Notes: a model not told the origin generated them from the letters alone. A stretch of 63,437 nt of DNA, filler included, from Craspedostauros australis (GCA_030167865.1; 12 parts of 12 records of this genome joined end to end with filler, not necessarily neighbours in it); one strand, 5' to 3'. Counted from the first letter of the whole stretch, positions 22,517 through 34,406 are shown. Numbers and translations: made by a program.

Positions 22517-24167
22517 TTAGGTGGAGGCTTGGTCGGCTGCTGCGGCATCGGCGGCCTTCTTGGCCTCACGTGCTGCTCTTCGTTCCAGGCGGGACTTGGC
22601 GCGTCCCTTTCTGGCATCAGCCTGCTCGGCGAGGGCCTTCTCCTTGAGGTTGACGGCCTTGAGCTCGTGGATGGCCTCGATCAAGACGCGCTTGTTCTTG
22701 AACTGGTTACCCTTCGAGAGCATGTACAAGCTGTGGTAGATGTGCTTGTCGATCTTCTTGGCGTCACGCATCTTCTTGAGCAAACGGCGGAGCACACGGA
22801 TGCGTCTCATCCACATGACCTTGAATGGGAGACGGGCGTTGGCAGTACCTCTGCGCTTACCAGTTCCTGTGAATCGCGCAAGCAATGGTTCGGTTCGTAG
22901 TGGTTATGAGTGGAAGGGCGGCAAAGGGGGTGAGTTTGAGTGAGTGAGTGGATGCATGTCGCAATCACCCATGCGTTCAAGGTCGTGCACAGAGATGTTG
23001 TCGTTATTAGTACATCGTTCATGTGATAGGATGCACAAACGGTGTGTGAAAACGCGGACTGCCGGTTGTCTGGCCGGCCCGGGATCACGCTCCTCGCGGA
23101 GCGCAACCACTGCGGTAGTGATGTTGCCCACATGCCCACAAGCGCGAACGTGAATTCGCTGTGGTAGCAAGGCTGTGATACGGGGAATGAATCGCAGCCC
23201 CACATCCAGCATGGGGCGTGTGCCTCTGTGTTTGTGCCTGGTTGCTTCGACTAAACAAACAAGCAAACAAGGAGACAAGAGCGAACGAGGGAGAAAGAGT
23301 GACAGAGACGTGATTTGAACGTACCTGTGTGTCGGCCCTTGCGCTTGGCCTCATTTCTGGCCTGCACGCGAGCGCGGGAGTGGACGATGGATGGCTTCTT
23401 GATGATGAGACCATCGCTGTGAAGCTTCTGGATGTTGCGTCGGGAGTTGGCCAAGGCAATTTCGTTGATCTCGTTGGGATCCAACCAGATCTTGCGCTTT
23501 CCGCACTTGAGCACGGAAGCGGCCAGACGCTTTTGCAACTTGAGGGACACTGCGATCGCCAGGATCATGTGCGTGAAGTTGCAGCGCGAGATTGCGGCCG
23601 GGAAGACGTGGGGGTAAATCGAAGTCGAACAGAGAAGAGTTCACGAGTGAGTCTACGGTTCAATCAGCAGTTGAGTGTCGAGGATGTTGTCACCAAGCCG
23701 AGGAAGCGGGCCGGTTGGCCGTGTGTGCGAAGGTCACGCTGTCACAGCCGCAGTTCGGTGTCGCCAGCAGCGTCCGCAGAAGACGAGCGACAGTGAGGCC
23801 ATGCGCCACAGCAGCTGCGATCATGACCCACGACACCATCCGTGCTGTTCATCCGCGGCGTCACCCCATTCGAACGTTGGGATGACGGCGATGATCAAAG
23901 CACTGGCTGGCTGGCTGTCTGTCCGCATGCATGTCAGGGTGTCTGAGGATCCTATTGCATGGCTCCTACGGTTCCTCCTGCTTCCGTTGCTTCTCGTGCT
24001 CATGATACTGCCGTGCTGTTGGTGCTACTATTGTTGCTGCCAACGTCAGCACCAACGAATCGATGCTGCTGCTCTCCAACACTGCAAGAAGCCAAGACCC
24101 TCCGACATCTTTCGTGCTTCCCATCGAGCATTCCCATGGTGGGGACTGTCGTATCCTTACCCGCCAT
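22517..24167 (-). CDS. RPL19: 60S ribosomal protein L19 (eL19); exons 24167-24161, 23549-23325 and 22866-22517, 193 aa
   Basis: Spliced translation [29 protein letters not shown]...[18 protein letters not shown]...[13 protein letters not shown], with canonical GT-AG junctions and a 582-nt total. Exon 1 is inferred from ATGGCGG/gtaag. Confidence 0.95.
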
Positions 24168-25958
24168 GATTGCTTGCTGTTTTCAAAACTCGATTGTTGT
24201 TGAGCTGATGTTGTCGATCGACCAAGGTGATGGTGGTGCAGATGCGGTCGCCTGCGTTGCTACTGATGCTGCTGTTGCTGGTGTTTGAACGAGGAGCTCC
24301 CACGTGCACAGAGACAACAGGAGAGACTTCCACGATGGCGGACACTGCCTGTTGGGCGCAAAACAACGAAGACGACAACACCGCGACGTTCTGTTGTCGA
24401 TTGCTTCTTGGTGATTGCTTCTGTGTCCGTCAGACCGTCTGTCCCTTCGTTTCAGTGCTTCACGTGCGCTCTGGTACTCGATCCACGGCATGAAAAAGGT
24501 ACTCAAACAGCATCTAATGCCAAATTCAAACACTGTTCTGCGGAATAGTAATACGGTAACTACAGTCGGACCAGTCGACTATGGCATCGCCAAACGCAAC
24601 CAAAACACCAGAAACGAAGATCGAGGGAGGATCGTGTTGGCGTCAGAACGCGATGGTCTCCCAGCGTCATCATCACAAACAACCAAAGCATGGGACAGAC
24701 AAGCACTCACGGCAACATGATGGAGACGCCACGACGATGGCGATGACGATGGCGCAAGAGCAAGAGCAACGAGGATCAATCATGAAGAATGATTGCGTCG
24801 ACTGAGAAGGCATGCAAGAAGATTGCAGCAAGCATCGGGGCCGTTGACGATGATTTCGTCTTTTCAAGGACACCATCGGCGCCAAGGTCGATGGCGAAGG
24901 CTGATCGCGGAGGCTGGAGTAGCGATGGTGCCAGGGTGATGGCTGCGGATGCACAGCATGGTAGGAAGCATACTCTGCATGCCTCGCTTGCGCGTGCCCA
25001 AGCGCTCTGAGAGGAACACCTCGCCGCAGCATGCCCCATTCCACGGGAGGGCCGATCGCTTGGATGGGCGCTTGACTGCCCTCATGTACTGACGCATGCA
25101 CAGCTACTTGTGCTGATGGACCAGCCATTGCGCATGCAAGGTCGAAAGAGGACAGCACTTCAACAAATAGTGCCGAAGACAGCAATCAATGTAAGCAAAC
25201 ACCGAAAGCAGGAGTAGCAGAAACCCAAGAGACAGGCATCCTCCTGTCTCTGAACTCGTTCTGTTGTTCATCATCATCCGGCCTCGTGCTTTCAATGGCA
25301 ATTGCAAATGCAGCCATGAGGCGTGAAGCACAAAACTCAAAGCACCAAGCAAATCAATCACCCAACGCAATCGTGTACTGTGAGGCTCTTTCTCTGACAA
25401 TGAAAGATGGGAACAAAGCTTTCTACAACCTCAAATCTACATTGCGAATATCGAAGCAATAGCGGACAAAAAGCACTCGTTTGTGACATCAATATAACCC
25501 CACTGTCCAACGAGCCGTCGTACTAGCTAACAACTTCATCATCAGCAGACCATCCGAATGCATGCAATGGTCGGCATAGACCTACCATGCATGCCATCAT
25601 TGTGCCACACGATACAATCCTCGTCAATGCGCGTGAACTCACATCTTTGCACCTGTATTTTAATTTGCTCACTGCTGGACCATTCCTGTGAACAGCGAGT
25701 TGGGTTTGACCCATCGCAACCAACGATACCAGCAGGCAGACCAACTTTCTCAAGACGTGGGATGAACGGCAAACCATCCCGTGTGATTTCGCCATGGTGG
25801 GCCGAGAGCCGATGATTTGCAGGGTGCAACTGCATGTGGATGCCATCGAGCGAATGCAACTCCGCTCCCACACTCTTGTGCGCCTGCACAGTAGAACATT
25901 AACAGACGGTCATGCCAGTGTATCCACTCTACTCTATGCAGTGCTGATTGTAGCATGG

Positions 25959-28271
25959 CTATTTATCTTGCGTCTTCGACTTCCGTCTCGCCATGGCCTC
26001 CTCGGCCCGTTTCTTCAGCATCTTCATCTTGTCTTCTTTGCGCTTGGCTTCTGCTTCTTTCGCATCCTGGCTGGAATCGTCACCAGTATCGGCGGCCTCT
26101 CCTTGTGGCTGTTGATTCTGGTGTTGCTGTTGCGTGTCAGCATCATCCTTGGCTTGCTTTCGTCGTGCCATCGCTTCTTCCGCTCTCTTTTTCAGCATCT
26201 CCATCTTCTCGGCCTTGCGTTGCGCTTCTGCTGCTGCGGCCTCCGCCTCCATCTGAGCCTTCTTCGCCTCCTCTTCGGCCTGTTGCAGCTCAGCATCAGC
26301 ATCAAGAACACCGTTGTCAACTTCATTGTCATCAACAAGAGCTTCAACAACATTGTCGTCAATACCACTGTTGTCAGGGGAAGATGCCGGCGATGATGCC
26401 TGCCGCATGCCTTCTTCCAATTCCTGCTGCTTCATCAATCTGGCCATCTCGTCGGGCATATTCAACTCGTACAGCTCCCCCTGTGACTCATCCGAGCCAA
26501 TGGTCTCGTCGAACATGTTGCGGCCCTGCAGGTACCGTCGTGACGGGATCATGCGGAGCTTGCCAATCGTGAAGCTGTCCTTCAGGATCACCTCCAACCC
26601 GTCCAAGGGATCCAGCATCGACTCGTCCACCATGCCTCTGGAGCTTTTGTCCATCGCCGCGTTCATGGCCCTCTCGTAGGCATCGATTCCGCCCTCCTCG
26701 TCGTCAAAGTCGTCAAAGCCGTCGCCCGAGTCGAAGCCGCCGAATGGGTTGGATCGATCGATCTCCAGCTCCATATCCTTCATCTGCTTGAGGATGGAAT
26801 CCGCGCGCTTCACCAACGCCAATCCGACGATGCAAGCATCTCCCGTTCCGCCCGGTTCGGCGAGCGACGTGATCGTGCCAACGGAGATGGCATCGTTGCT
26901 GCCAAGCACGCAGAGCACATCGCCAACCTGCGGTCGCCGCGTCTTGTTCTTGACCTTGCTGTTGTCGCCGCGCGATTCGGTGTTGTAGACATTGTCGTTG
27001 TCATAGAAGGCGACCGAATACAGGAGCCTTGGCGGACCGCGCACGTTCTTCAAGACGGACGCGACGCCCTCCTGACCGAGGTAGCAGCCCTTGTCAAAAT
27101 CGATGGCCTCGCCCTTCCAATGCAGCTCCAGCGGGCCCGTCTTGGCCTCCTTCTTGTTGCTGCCGATGTACTCGGAATCAAACGCCGGCTGGCCTGCTTC
27201 GATCCGCAACGTGTCGTACTCCAGCGCACCGAGCTCGATGGGACCATCGGCGTTGTCGTCGCTGATGAGGAACTGCCAGATATCGCGTCCCACGGAAACG
27301 TCATCCGAGAGAAACACCAGCGTGTATCCCGTGCACGCCACGGCCGGCAACCCGGTGGATGGCAACAGCAGGAGGCTCGTGGAATCGTTCAATTGGACCA
27401 TGATGGTGCTCTTCTCCATGGATCCCACTGGTGATGCGGATGACTGCGCCCTCGTGGTTTCAAAGTCAATCTCGACATCGAAACCATGCAGCACCTGCTG
27501 TTGGATGACCTTGTGAACATGCTTCATCTTGACAGACGCCATGGTGAATGACACCACGTTCGTGTTGCTGACCATGTTCTCCAGCTTGACCTGATCCATC
27601 GGGAAGATGAGAGGATCCAAGCTCTCGAACAGCTTCTGGCTGGAATGACCGGGCGACGTCATGATGTAGGCCTCCAACGGCGACTGCACGGCAATCTTGA
27701 GCCGGTCCAGCACCCTGCCCTTGGATGTGAGGTAGCATGCCTCCTTGTACTGGTTGGAGGTGGAATCGAAGGACTGCGTGAACTTGTTGTTGATGAAATT
27801 CAGCGTGCCCTTGCCCGTGACGCGCAGAATCCCACCGTGCGAAAGCTGCGTGTCGGACAGATCCCACACGACGCAACGGTCGCTGCGCAATGCGCTGCGC
27901 ACGGCCTCACCGCGCAACCCCGATGGGGTATCCGCAGGGTAGGCCGATGGCAGGGTCGCGCTGTCGACCGTCGATGACGATGATGGCTCCGGATTCGGCG
28001 GAATGTACTCGTAATCCAGGTCGCCGGAACCTGACGACAGCATTAGTGATGTTGTTAACAGTGATGTTGTTAACAGTGATGTTGTTAAAAGTGTTGTCGA
28101 CGATGTAGTGGATGGAGCAGTTGCTGCACCAGCATGCACCAACCGAAGTTGCGAGAGCAGCGGCACTCGTTGACCACTGCTGCCTGTCTCGCTTGATGGG
28201 ATCCATGATTGCACTCGCACCTTCGACAAGCACAGCGTCGCGCCCGCAAGTGCGATCGACGAAGTGCGCAT
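25959..28271 (-). CDS. YgfZ/COG0354 folate-binding aminomethyltransferase-like protein, probably plastid-targeted
   Basis: GILRVTG, YLTSKGRVLD, YDTLRIEAGQP and the signature KGCYLGQE. N-terminal signal ending VQS-W plus a Ser/Thr-rich transit region. First ATG at 28271. Confidence 0.88.
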   Translation of the reverse strand: MRTSSIALAGATLCLSKVRVQSWIPSSETGSSGQRVPLLSQLRLVHAGAATAPSTTSSTTLLTTSLLTTSLLTTSLMLSSGSGDLDYEYIPPNPEPSSSSTVDSATLPSAYPADTPSGLRGEAVRSALRSDRCVVWDLSDTQLSHGGILRVTGKGTLNFINNKFTQSFDSTSNQYKEACYLTSKGRVLDRLKIAVQSPLEAYIMTSPGHSSQKLFESLDPLIFPMDQVKLENMVSNTNVVSFTMASVKMKHVHKVIQQQVLHGFDVEIDFETTRAQSSASPVGSMEKSTIMVQLNDSTSLLLLPSTGLPAVACTGYTLVFLSDDVSVGRDIWQFLISDDNADGPIELGALEYDTLRIEAGQPAFDSEYIGSNKKEAKTGPLELHWKGEAIDFDKGCYLGQEGVASVLKNVRGPPRLLYSVAFYDNDNVYNTESRGDNSKVKNKTRRPQVGDVLCVLGSNDAISVGTITSLAEPGGTGDACIVGLALVKRADSILKQMKDMELEIDRSNPFGGFDSGDGFDDFDDEEGGIDAYERAMNAAMDKSSRGMVDESMLDPLDGLEVILKDSFTIGKLRMIPSRRYLQGRNMFDETIGSDESQGELYELNMPDEMARLMKQQELEEGMRQASSPASSPDNSGIDDNVVEALVDDNEVDNGVLDADAELQQAEEEAKKAQMEAEAAAAEAQRKAEKMEMLKKRAEEAMARRKQAKDDADTQQQHQNQQPQGEAADTGDDSSQDAKEAEAKRKEDKMKMLKKRAEEAMARRKSKTQDK

Positions 28272-28931
28272 CTTCTTCAACTCCGCTCCCAACGTGGTAT
28301 TGGTCGTACCAGTGCACTCTAGTCTATATAATATTCTATAAAATATAATATGTGTATATGTGTATACTGTTGTGTGCGCTTCTTGTGATGATTCACTTGA
28401 CAGATGCCAACTATTGCAAGGTCTGCATCATGGATTGGTGGAGGTTGGTAGTCGGATGACTATTGGCAGATCGTTGATGATGGGTGGGTGGGATGATCTG
28501 AGAACTTCGCCGCGTTGTTCTACGCTGTTCAGAATCATGTTGCGGATCTCTCCAGACATGGAGAACGGATTTGGTTTGGGTGTCACATGATGACGTCACG
28601 AATGGGAATCTCATCTGGATGGAATCTTTGCCTTCAGCAGAACTCCGAACTCGCCAACGCGAACGCCGAAGGAGTCGAAGTACGATTCCATCGAATCAAA
28701 ACAGCAACGACAAAACGAAAAAGGGCAACACGCAACAACAAGCAGCGCGAACGAGACAGCAACGACACGAGAGCGAACGAAAGCAGCGACAAGAGCTGAC
28801 GGCAATCTCAACAACACCGACAAGAGCAACAGAAACAAGAGAGCAGCACGAGCATCCTCGCTGCAACACCCTCTCCAAGCGAGACACAACAACACCCAAA
28901 GCAAGCAACGAGAACAAATCAACTGCTGACC

Positions 28932-29695
28932 ATGGTGCGCGTCTGGTACGAACCCCCGCCTTACGGCCCAAGAACACACTTGAACCGCCCGTCTCCATAC
29001 TACATGGAGACCGAGGCCATGCCAACCTTGCTCAAGCGCTTGAGCAAGGCCCGTCCAATGGTCTCCGTCGGCCTCCCTGTCCTTGCCATCTCGGTTCTGT
29101 GCTACATTCCACTAAGTAAGTACTCGTACCTTGTCCTCGGCCCAAACGTCTGTTGGAAAGCGACAGACGCAAGGCATCTCGGTCCCAAGCTGCGCCAAAG
29201 CGTGACTCATTGCGCTGCTTAATGTCACTTCGCGCCACTTTTTCGCTGCGCGCGTAGAGTGCTGCTATGTCGGAGCGCAGCGTGTGGGGCATCAACCATC
29301 AATGTCGATCACATCTTTCAAATGCTAACCAACAAACTAATCTTTTTTTTCTCCAACGTTCACTTGTGGATTGATGTGTCACTGTCAATGTTGGTGAACG
29401 GGAACTTGAACATGATCGAATCCGCACGATCATCTTGATGATGAATCCTGCATCATCTCCTCCGGCGACAACGAACTCCACTTGATTGACGTCGGAACCT
29501 GCCTGGCCGTCCATGTTGATGTTGATGTTATGCCGAAACGGTTGCCTCTCAAATCGCGCAGTGAACCAGAAGCTTCCAGTCACCATGAATCCAGAGTACC
29601 AGGCCGCCCAGCGTGCTTACATGCGATACCACAACATGAACCCGATCTACGGTATCTCCAGCAAGCAGTCCCGTGCTGCTGACCCTGATCCATAA
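28932..29695 (+). CDS. Cytochrome c oxidase subunit IV-like protein; exons 28932-29115 and 29562-29695, 105 aa
   Basis: A GTAAGT...GCAG intron joins two short ORFs in frame. The product has one TM followed by LPVTMNPEYQAAQRAYMRYHNMNPIYGISS, which resembles the COX4-family C-terminal P.T..EWQ....Y....NPI.G.SS pattern. Confidence 0.7.
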
Positions 29696-30278
29696 GCTCG
29701 ATCGTTAGCTGGCGAGATCACATGGGATGCAACCATGCGCATGCATTGATCGGCGAAAGGGGTGACGAATGCCAACATACTCGGACTTGAATGCATCAAT
29801 CAACGCAGCATCCGTGTGAATGTTGTAGCAACAGCGCAACCGTCGGTCTCCGCCCAACCACGAGCCGAGAGACAGATCCAGAGGCTGAGCAGTGCAATTG
29901 TAGCAGTGGTTGTAATCAGATAATTGCAATTGAGCTTTATGGACCAAGTCTGTTGCTTGTTGGCTGTTGATGTATCTGGTTGTGATGTGTGCCTGTGCGC
30001 TTGGTTAGTTTCCGTGCGTTTCCTTTTTCGCTTGTCGATGTTGGTGTACGGTCCCATGACAGACAGTGCAGCAGCAAATCCCGTGTTCGCAACCTCAGCC
30101 GGAAATAATCATAATCACATCATCACACACACACAACACATCCTGTATCGTCTCCCAATCATCACAGTCGATGTCACAATCGGAGTCACGCCTTGTTCGC
30201 CTTCCCCAACATCAGCAAACATCCAGCAATCATCCAGCAATTGTTTGTCTACCAACAGCTCAACAACCAACGACCAAC

Positions 30279-31784
30279 ATGCCAAATGTCTCAGACCTAC
30301 AACTCATTAACGCTGCTGAGACAGGTGATCTGTCAGTGTTGAGGGAATGGAAGAGGCAGAATGAAGGACGTGATGTCAACACGGTCACAGGCTCCTATGG
30401 CGACGCTCCTCTTCACAAGGCATGCAGTGGAGGCCACCTGGAGTGTGCCAAGTATCTCATCGAATCAACCAACGCCGATGTCAACTGCAAAAACAACTAT
30501 GGCAGCGCTCCTCTCCATTGGGCATGCTTTAAAGGCTATCCGCAGTGTGTCAAGTACCTTGTTGAAACATGCAACGCTGATGTCAACTGCAAAGACAACT
30601 ATGGCGACACTCCACTTCATAAGGCATGCTACAACGGCTATTCTGAATGCGTCGAGTACCTCATCGAATCAACCAAGGTCAATATCGACATCCAAAACAA
30701 CAAAAACAAAACACCCGTCGAATTAATCAAAGCGGACGATCAGGTCAAGATGATGACATCAATCATGAAGCGTCTCGGTCATCTCAGTCAATGCAACTTG
30801 CAACTGCAGACACAGCTGCAAACAGAGACACAGGTGCGCGAGCAAAGCCACACAAACACCATCACAACACCAACCAAGCACGACAATCCTAAAATCCACA
30901 CAACAACCAACATCAGCATCGGCCAAGATCGTCGCAGCGCTGTTCGTTCTGAGGCCAAGGCAGACATCACCTTCCTGTGCGGACAAGGCAACGAACAACA
31001 GCCAATCAAAGCAAACTCCGGAGTCCTCATGGTCACTGTTCCGTCCATTCAGACATTGATCGACTCGGGAATCCAACATCAGCACGTAGATGACAGCACT
31101 GATGACGGCACTGATTCTGCCACTGCCCCACCCCCCAGGCTCATCCCTCTTCCCAACCATCAACCCAAATACGTCCAACGTGTCCTCGAATGTATCTACA
31201 CAGGTGAGATATCCTTCGATCACAGCACTCCGGACAACGATACTGATACCCGCGATGGCGCTCATGACGATGATGATGGCGCTGACCAGCCAACTCCCAC
31301 CGCCAATGGACAGGACGATCTACACCAGCTGATCCTTGTGGCCAACGAGTTCGGATTCTGGCGACTCAAGCTTGTTCTTGAAGCAGAGTTGGCCCACACT
31401 CATCTCACAGACGACACCATGGTAGATGCGTTGATATTCGCTGATCAACATGGCTGTTTACTGTTGAAAGATGCGTCGATGAGACTGGCAGCTGCAAATA
31501 TACAGACCTTCTACGCTCGGAAAGATTCCAGCAAGTTGTTTCAACACCCTCAACTGCCAGGAGAGATCCATGCCATCTGCAGTGGGGGAGCGGCAAGCAA
31601 TGAAGTCGATGACGAGTACAATGCCATGTCCATGATGGATTTGTACAAGGTCGTGGATGAAAGCGAGGGTACTGCGCAAGTGGATTCATACATGGATCGT
31701 GGAGCGTTGGTGAACTTCGTGCGGTCCGTCACACCTTGCAGGGTGGCTGAGGCCGATGGCGCTGCCGCTGAAGAAGAGGAGTGA
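30279..31784 (+). CDS. Ankyrin repeat + BTB/POZ domain protein (paralog of 6549-8372)
   Basis: Three full ankyrin motifs, then IGQDR...ADITFLCG..QQPIKAN.GVL.VTVPSI and FGFWRLKLV.EAEL, shared with the first copy. First ATG at 30279. Confidence 0.9.
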   Translation: MPNVSDLQLINAAETGDLSVLREWKRQNEGRDVNTVTGSYGDAPLHKACSGGHLECAKYLIESTNADVNCKNNYGSAPLHWACFKGYPQCVKYLVETCNADVNCKDNYGDTPLHKACYNGYSECVEYLIESTKVNIDIQNNKNKTPVELIKADDQVKMMTSIMKRLGHLSQCNLQLQTQLQTETQVREQSHTNTITTPTKHDNPKIHTTTNISIGQDRRSAVRSEAKADITFLCGQGNEQQPIKANSGVLMVTVPSIQTLIDSGIQHQHVDDSTDDGTDSATAPPPRLIPLPNHQPKYVQRVLECIYTGEISFDHSTPDNDTDTRDGAHDDDDGADQPTPTANGQDDLHQLILVANEFGFWRLKLVLEAELAHTHLTDDTMVDALIFADQHGCLLLKDASMRLAAANIQTFYARKDSSKLFQHPQLPGEIHAICSGGAASNEVDDEYNAMSMMDLYKVVDESEGTAQVDSYMDRGALVNFVRSVTPCRVAEADGAAAEEEE

Positions 31785-32954
31785 ATCACAACAACAGTAG
31801 ACAGAGAAGTGAGCATGACATGAAGAAGAGGAAATGAATAGGCTGTAATCAGAGAAATAACTACACTACCATACTTCGAAAGAAAGCTATCAGTGATACA
31901 TCCAATGGTGCGCCCGGCAAGTCTTGGATTTTGCCTTTGGTGACTCGCGCAGCGTGATGTTCTATGCACGACCGTATCATTTGCAGCACAACCTGACTGG
32001 CTGGACAGCAAGGCATGCTCTTTGGCCAATGCATTTCTGATGATCATGCCGCTGAGCAGCAGATGATCCTGGTTGGTGAACAGCACGTTGGTGCACCATA
32101 CATCTTCATTGGGCAGTGTGGCATGACGATGATGGTCTGGCCACCACTGTTGCCGTGGCCGTCGTCGCCAATCAAGTGCTTTCCGCGTTCGTTGGTTTCA
32201 ATGATGTGGAAGGAGTTGTGCGGAAGGAATTGTGTGGAAAAGGAAGGTGGTATCCGCTGGCGTCATGCATGGATCGTCGTACTCCACTGCAACTTGACGG
32301 GGCGGGATGAATGTATCGCGACTGTTGGCTCGTTGGTGTTGCTGCCGCCATTTTTGGATGGTATCACGCAAGTCGCAAGCGCATGCCAGCTGCCACATGG
32401 GCTCCAATGCGGCCGGCAAAGATGACGAGCCATGGGAAAAGTTGCTGATTCCTTGGCAGATGATTTCTCCGATTTGTGGGTCCGATGACACAGTGCCTCC
32501 ATCTCATCAGTTGCAGTTGTGGCTGCGATGCATCGCTTTGAGCTTCAGCATGAGCAGGCATTGGTGGTAATGATGCGTGCAGTGGTGGCGTAATAGAAGG
32601 AGTATCTCCTAACAGCTGGTGCTAAAGGTCCCAAAGAAGTTGCTGCGTCCGATCTCATGAATGTACTCGTCCAGCAGGTATTGAATCTCAGCTGCCGACG
32701 GCGCATCCGGTGTGGGCGCTGCTGCAGATCACTTGAATCCTGGGCTTATCACGGAACCATGGCGTCGTTTGCCACTGTTATTGGCACCGTTGTTGGTACT
32801 GCGATTGTTCATGTGATTGTTTACCTATGCAATTGCCTTGATATCTTCCTTTCTNNNNNNNNNNNNNNNNNNNNNNNNNNNNNNNNNNNNNNNNNNNNTT
32901 AATTAATTAANNNNNNNNNNNNNNNNNNNNNNNNNNNNNNNNNNNNNNNNNNNN

Positions 32955-33266
32955 GGACTTGTTCTGCCAACCAAGACGACAGTGCGCTTTCCGGACCACC
33001 GCAGCAAAGTGTGACGAGAATGAGCAACACCAAAACACCGCCGCAGCGAGGAAATCCCATCTCCACACACGCCACAATGCGGGACTCAGAAATGATCGTT
33101 TGCTCTCGTGAACCAACTCGGCATTCTTGTAGTAGTCGTATGAGTCGAACATCTCGAATCGAGTGCGCTCCATCACGTGTGGCGAACTGGCAACTGGCAG
33201 TTTCTTGTCATTTGTGAACAGACTCCGACACAAAAAACGCGATTTTCTCTTTTTCCGACAACTCCC
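32955..33266. repeat. 312-bp dispersed repeat, copy 2
   Basis: Matches 16547-16858. Confidence 0.9.
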
Positions 33267-34406
33267 CGTGCTGTGATCAATGAATGCCCGAGTCCTGGAC
33301 TGGAAATACACCGAGAAATGCGCCAAACGATAAAAACATGAAAGTTGGTTGATCCTGCCTTGGCTCGCTGATGGATGAGGTGGCCAGAGTTGCGATCCCG
33401 TGATGCGTCATCGCATCTTGGCATCTCAGATGTTCTCGGCGCTGAAGACACACCACTACGTGCGCTCAAACCGTTGCATGTATAATAGTACATGCACACA
33501 CAGACCTTTGATGGCAGTGTCGTGGAATGTCATGGACTGTATGTATAAGACAGTGTCAGCCGACATCAATCCGCGCGGTTGCTCAAGGCGTGCAAGTGAA
33601 AGCCTTCATGGATTCGCGAGGTCTGATAGAGTCCATTGAGGTGCGGCTCGAATCGAGCGAGCTTTGCGGCATTCCTCTTCTGCCATACTATCAATAGAAC
33701 AGTGCATACAACGACCCTTTCTGGGAGTTTAGAGGCATGCGCGACCTTCCCACCGATGGCGTCTCTCAGTCTGTCTCAAGAGAGAGGAGGAAGCGAAAGA
33801 CTCGTGTATCTTCTTGTGCCGTCATTCGAAACCACCTCATTCAATGCGATGCCGTGCGATGCAATCCCTCTCGCAAAGAGCACCCAGCACCAACAGCACC
33901 AACAATGATGACGAAGACCCTTGTTCACTTCAACATTTGCAAATGCGTATCTTTCCCTCCACAATAGTTCCAGAGATGAGTTCTGTCCAGATGCTTCCAG
34001 ACACTCATGAACAAGGCAATACTGCCGACAATGCATACAGCGAATGAGACTCCTGATATGAAGACTATACTAGTTCAGAAGCAATGGTGCTTCATGCTTG
34101 TTCCAATGTGCACGAGATTACCCGCTTGTGAATCACGCATCTTCATGTTCAAACATACTCGTATGTCTAGCCGCATCATCCGTTCCTATTCACATTGGCG
34201 TCAATGGTTGAATACAGCATTGCATGGTGCATGCACGAGGGTGGCATTGAGTGGAGTACACACTGTTGGCATACCCATGGGCCTGACGAAGGACAGACGG
34301 TCCGCAAGGCCCTCACACAGGAGACACAGAGCCATCCGTCTCCTGTCCTCATAACCCTCTCCGATGCTCATCCTACACACAGTATAACATCATAGCATCA
34401 CACTAT

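Noticed and set aside
24489..25900. Possible gene or pseudogene between RPL19 and the YgfZ-like gene
   Set aside because: Only short ORFs. A lumen-signal-like PPRSAFA segment is suggestive, but no coherent gene model can be built.
28591..28598. TGACGTCA bZIP/aureochrome-type site (also at 562-569)
   Set aside because: An 8-mer is expected about once per 65 kb by chance, and there is no supporting evidence.
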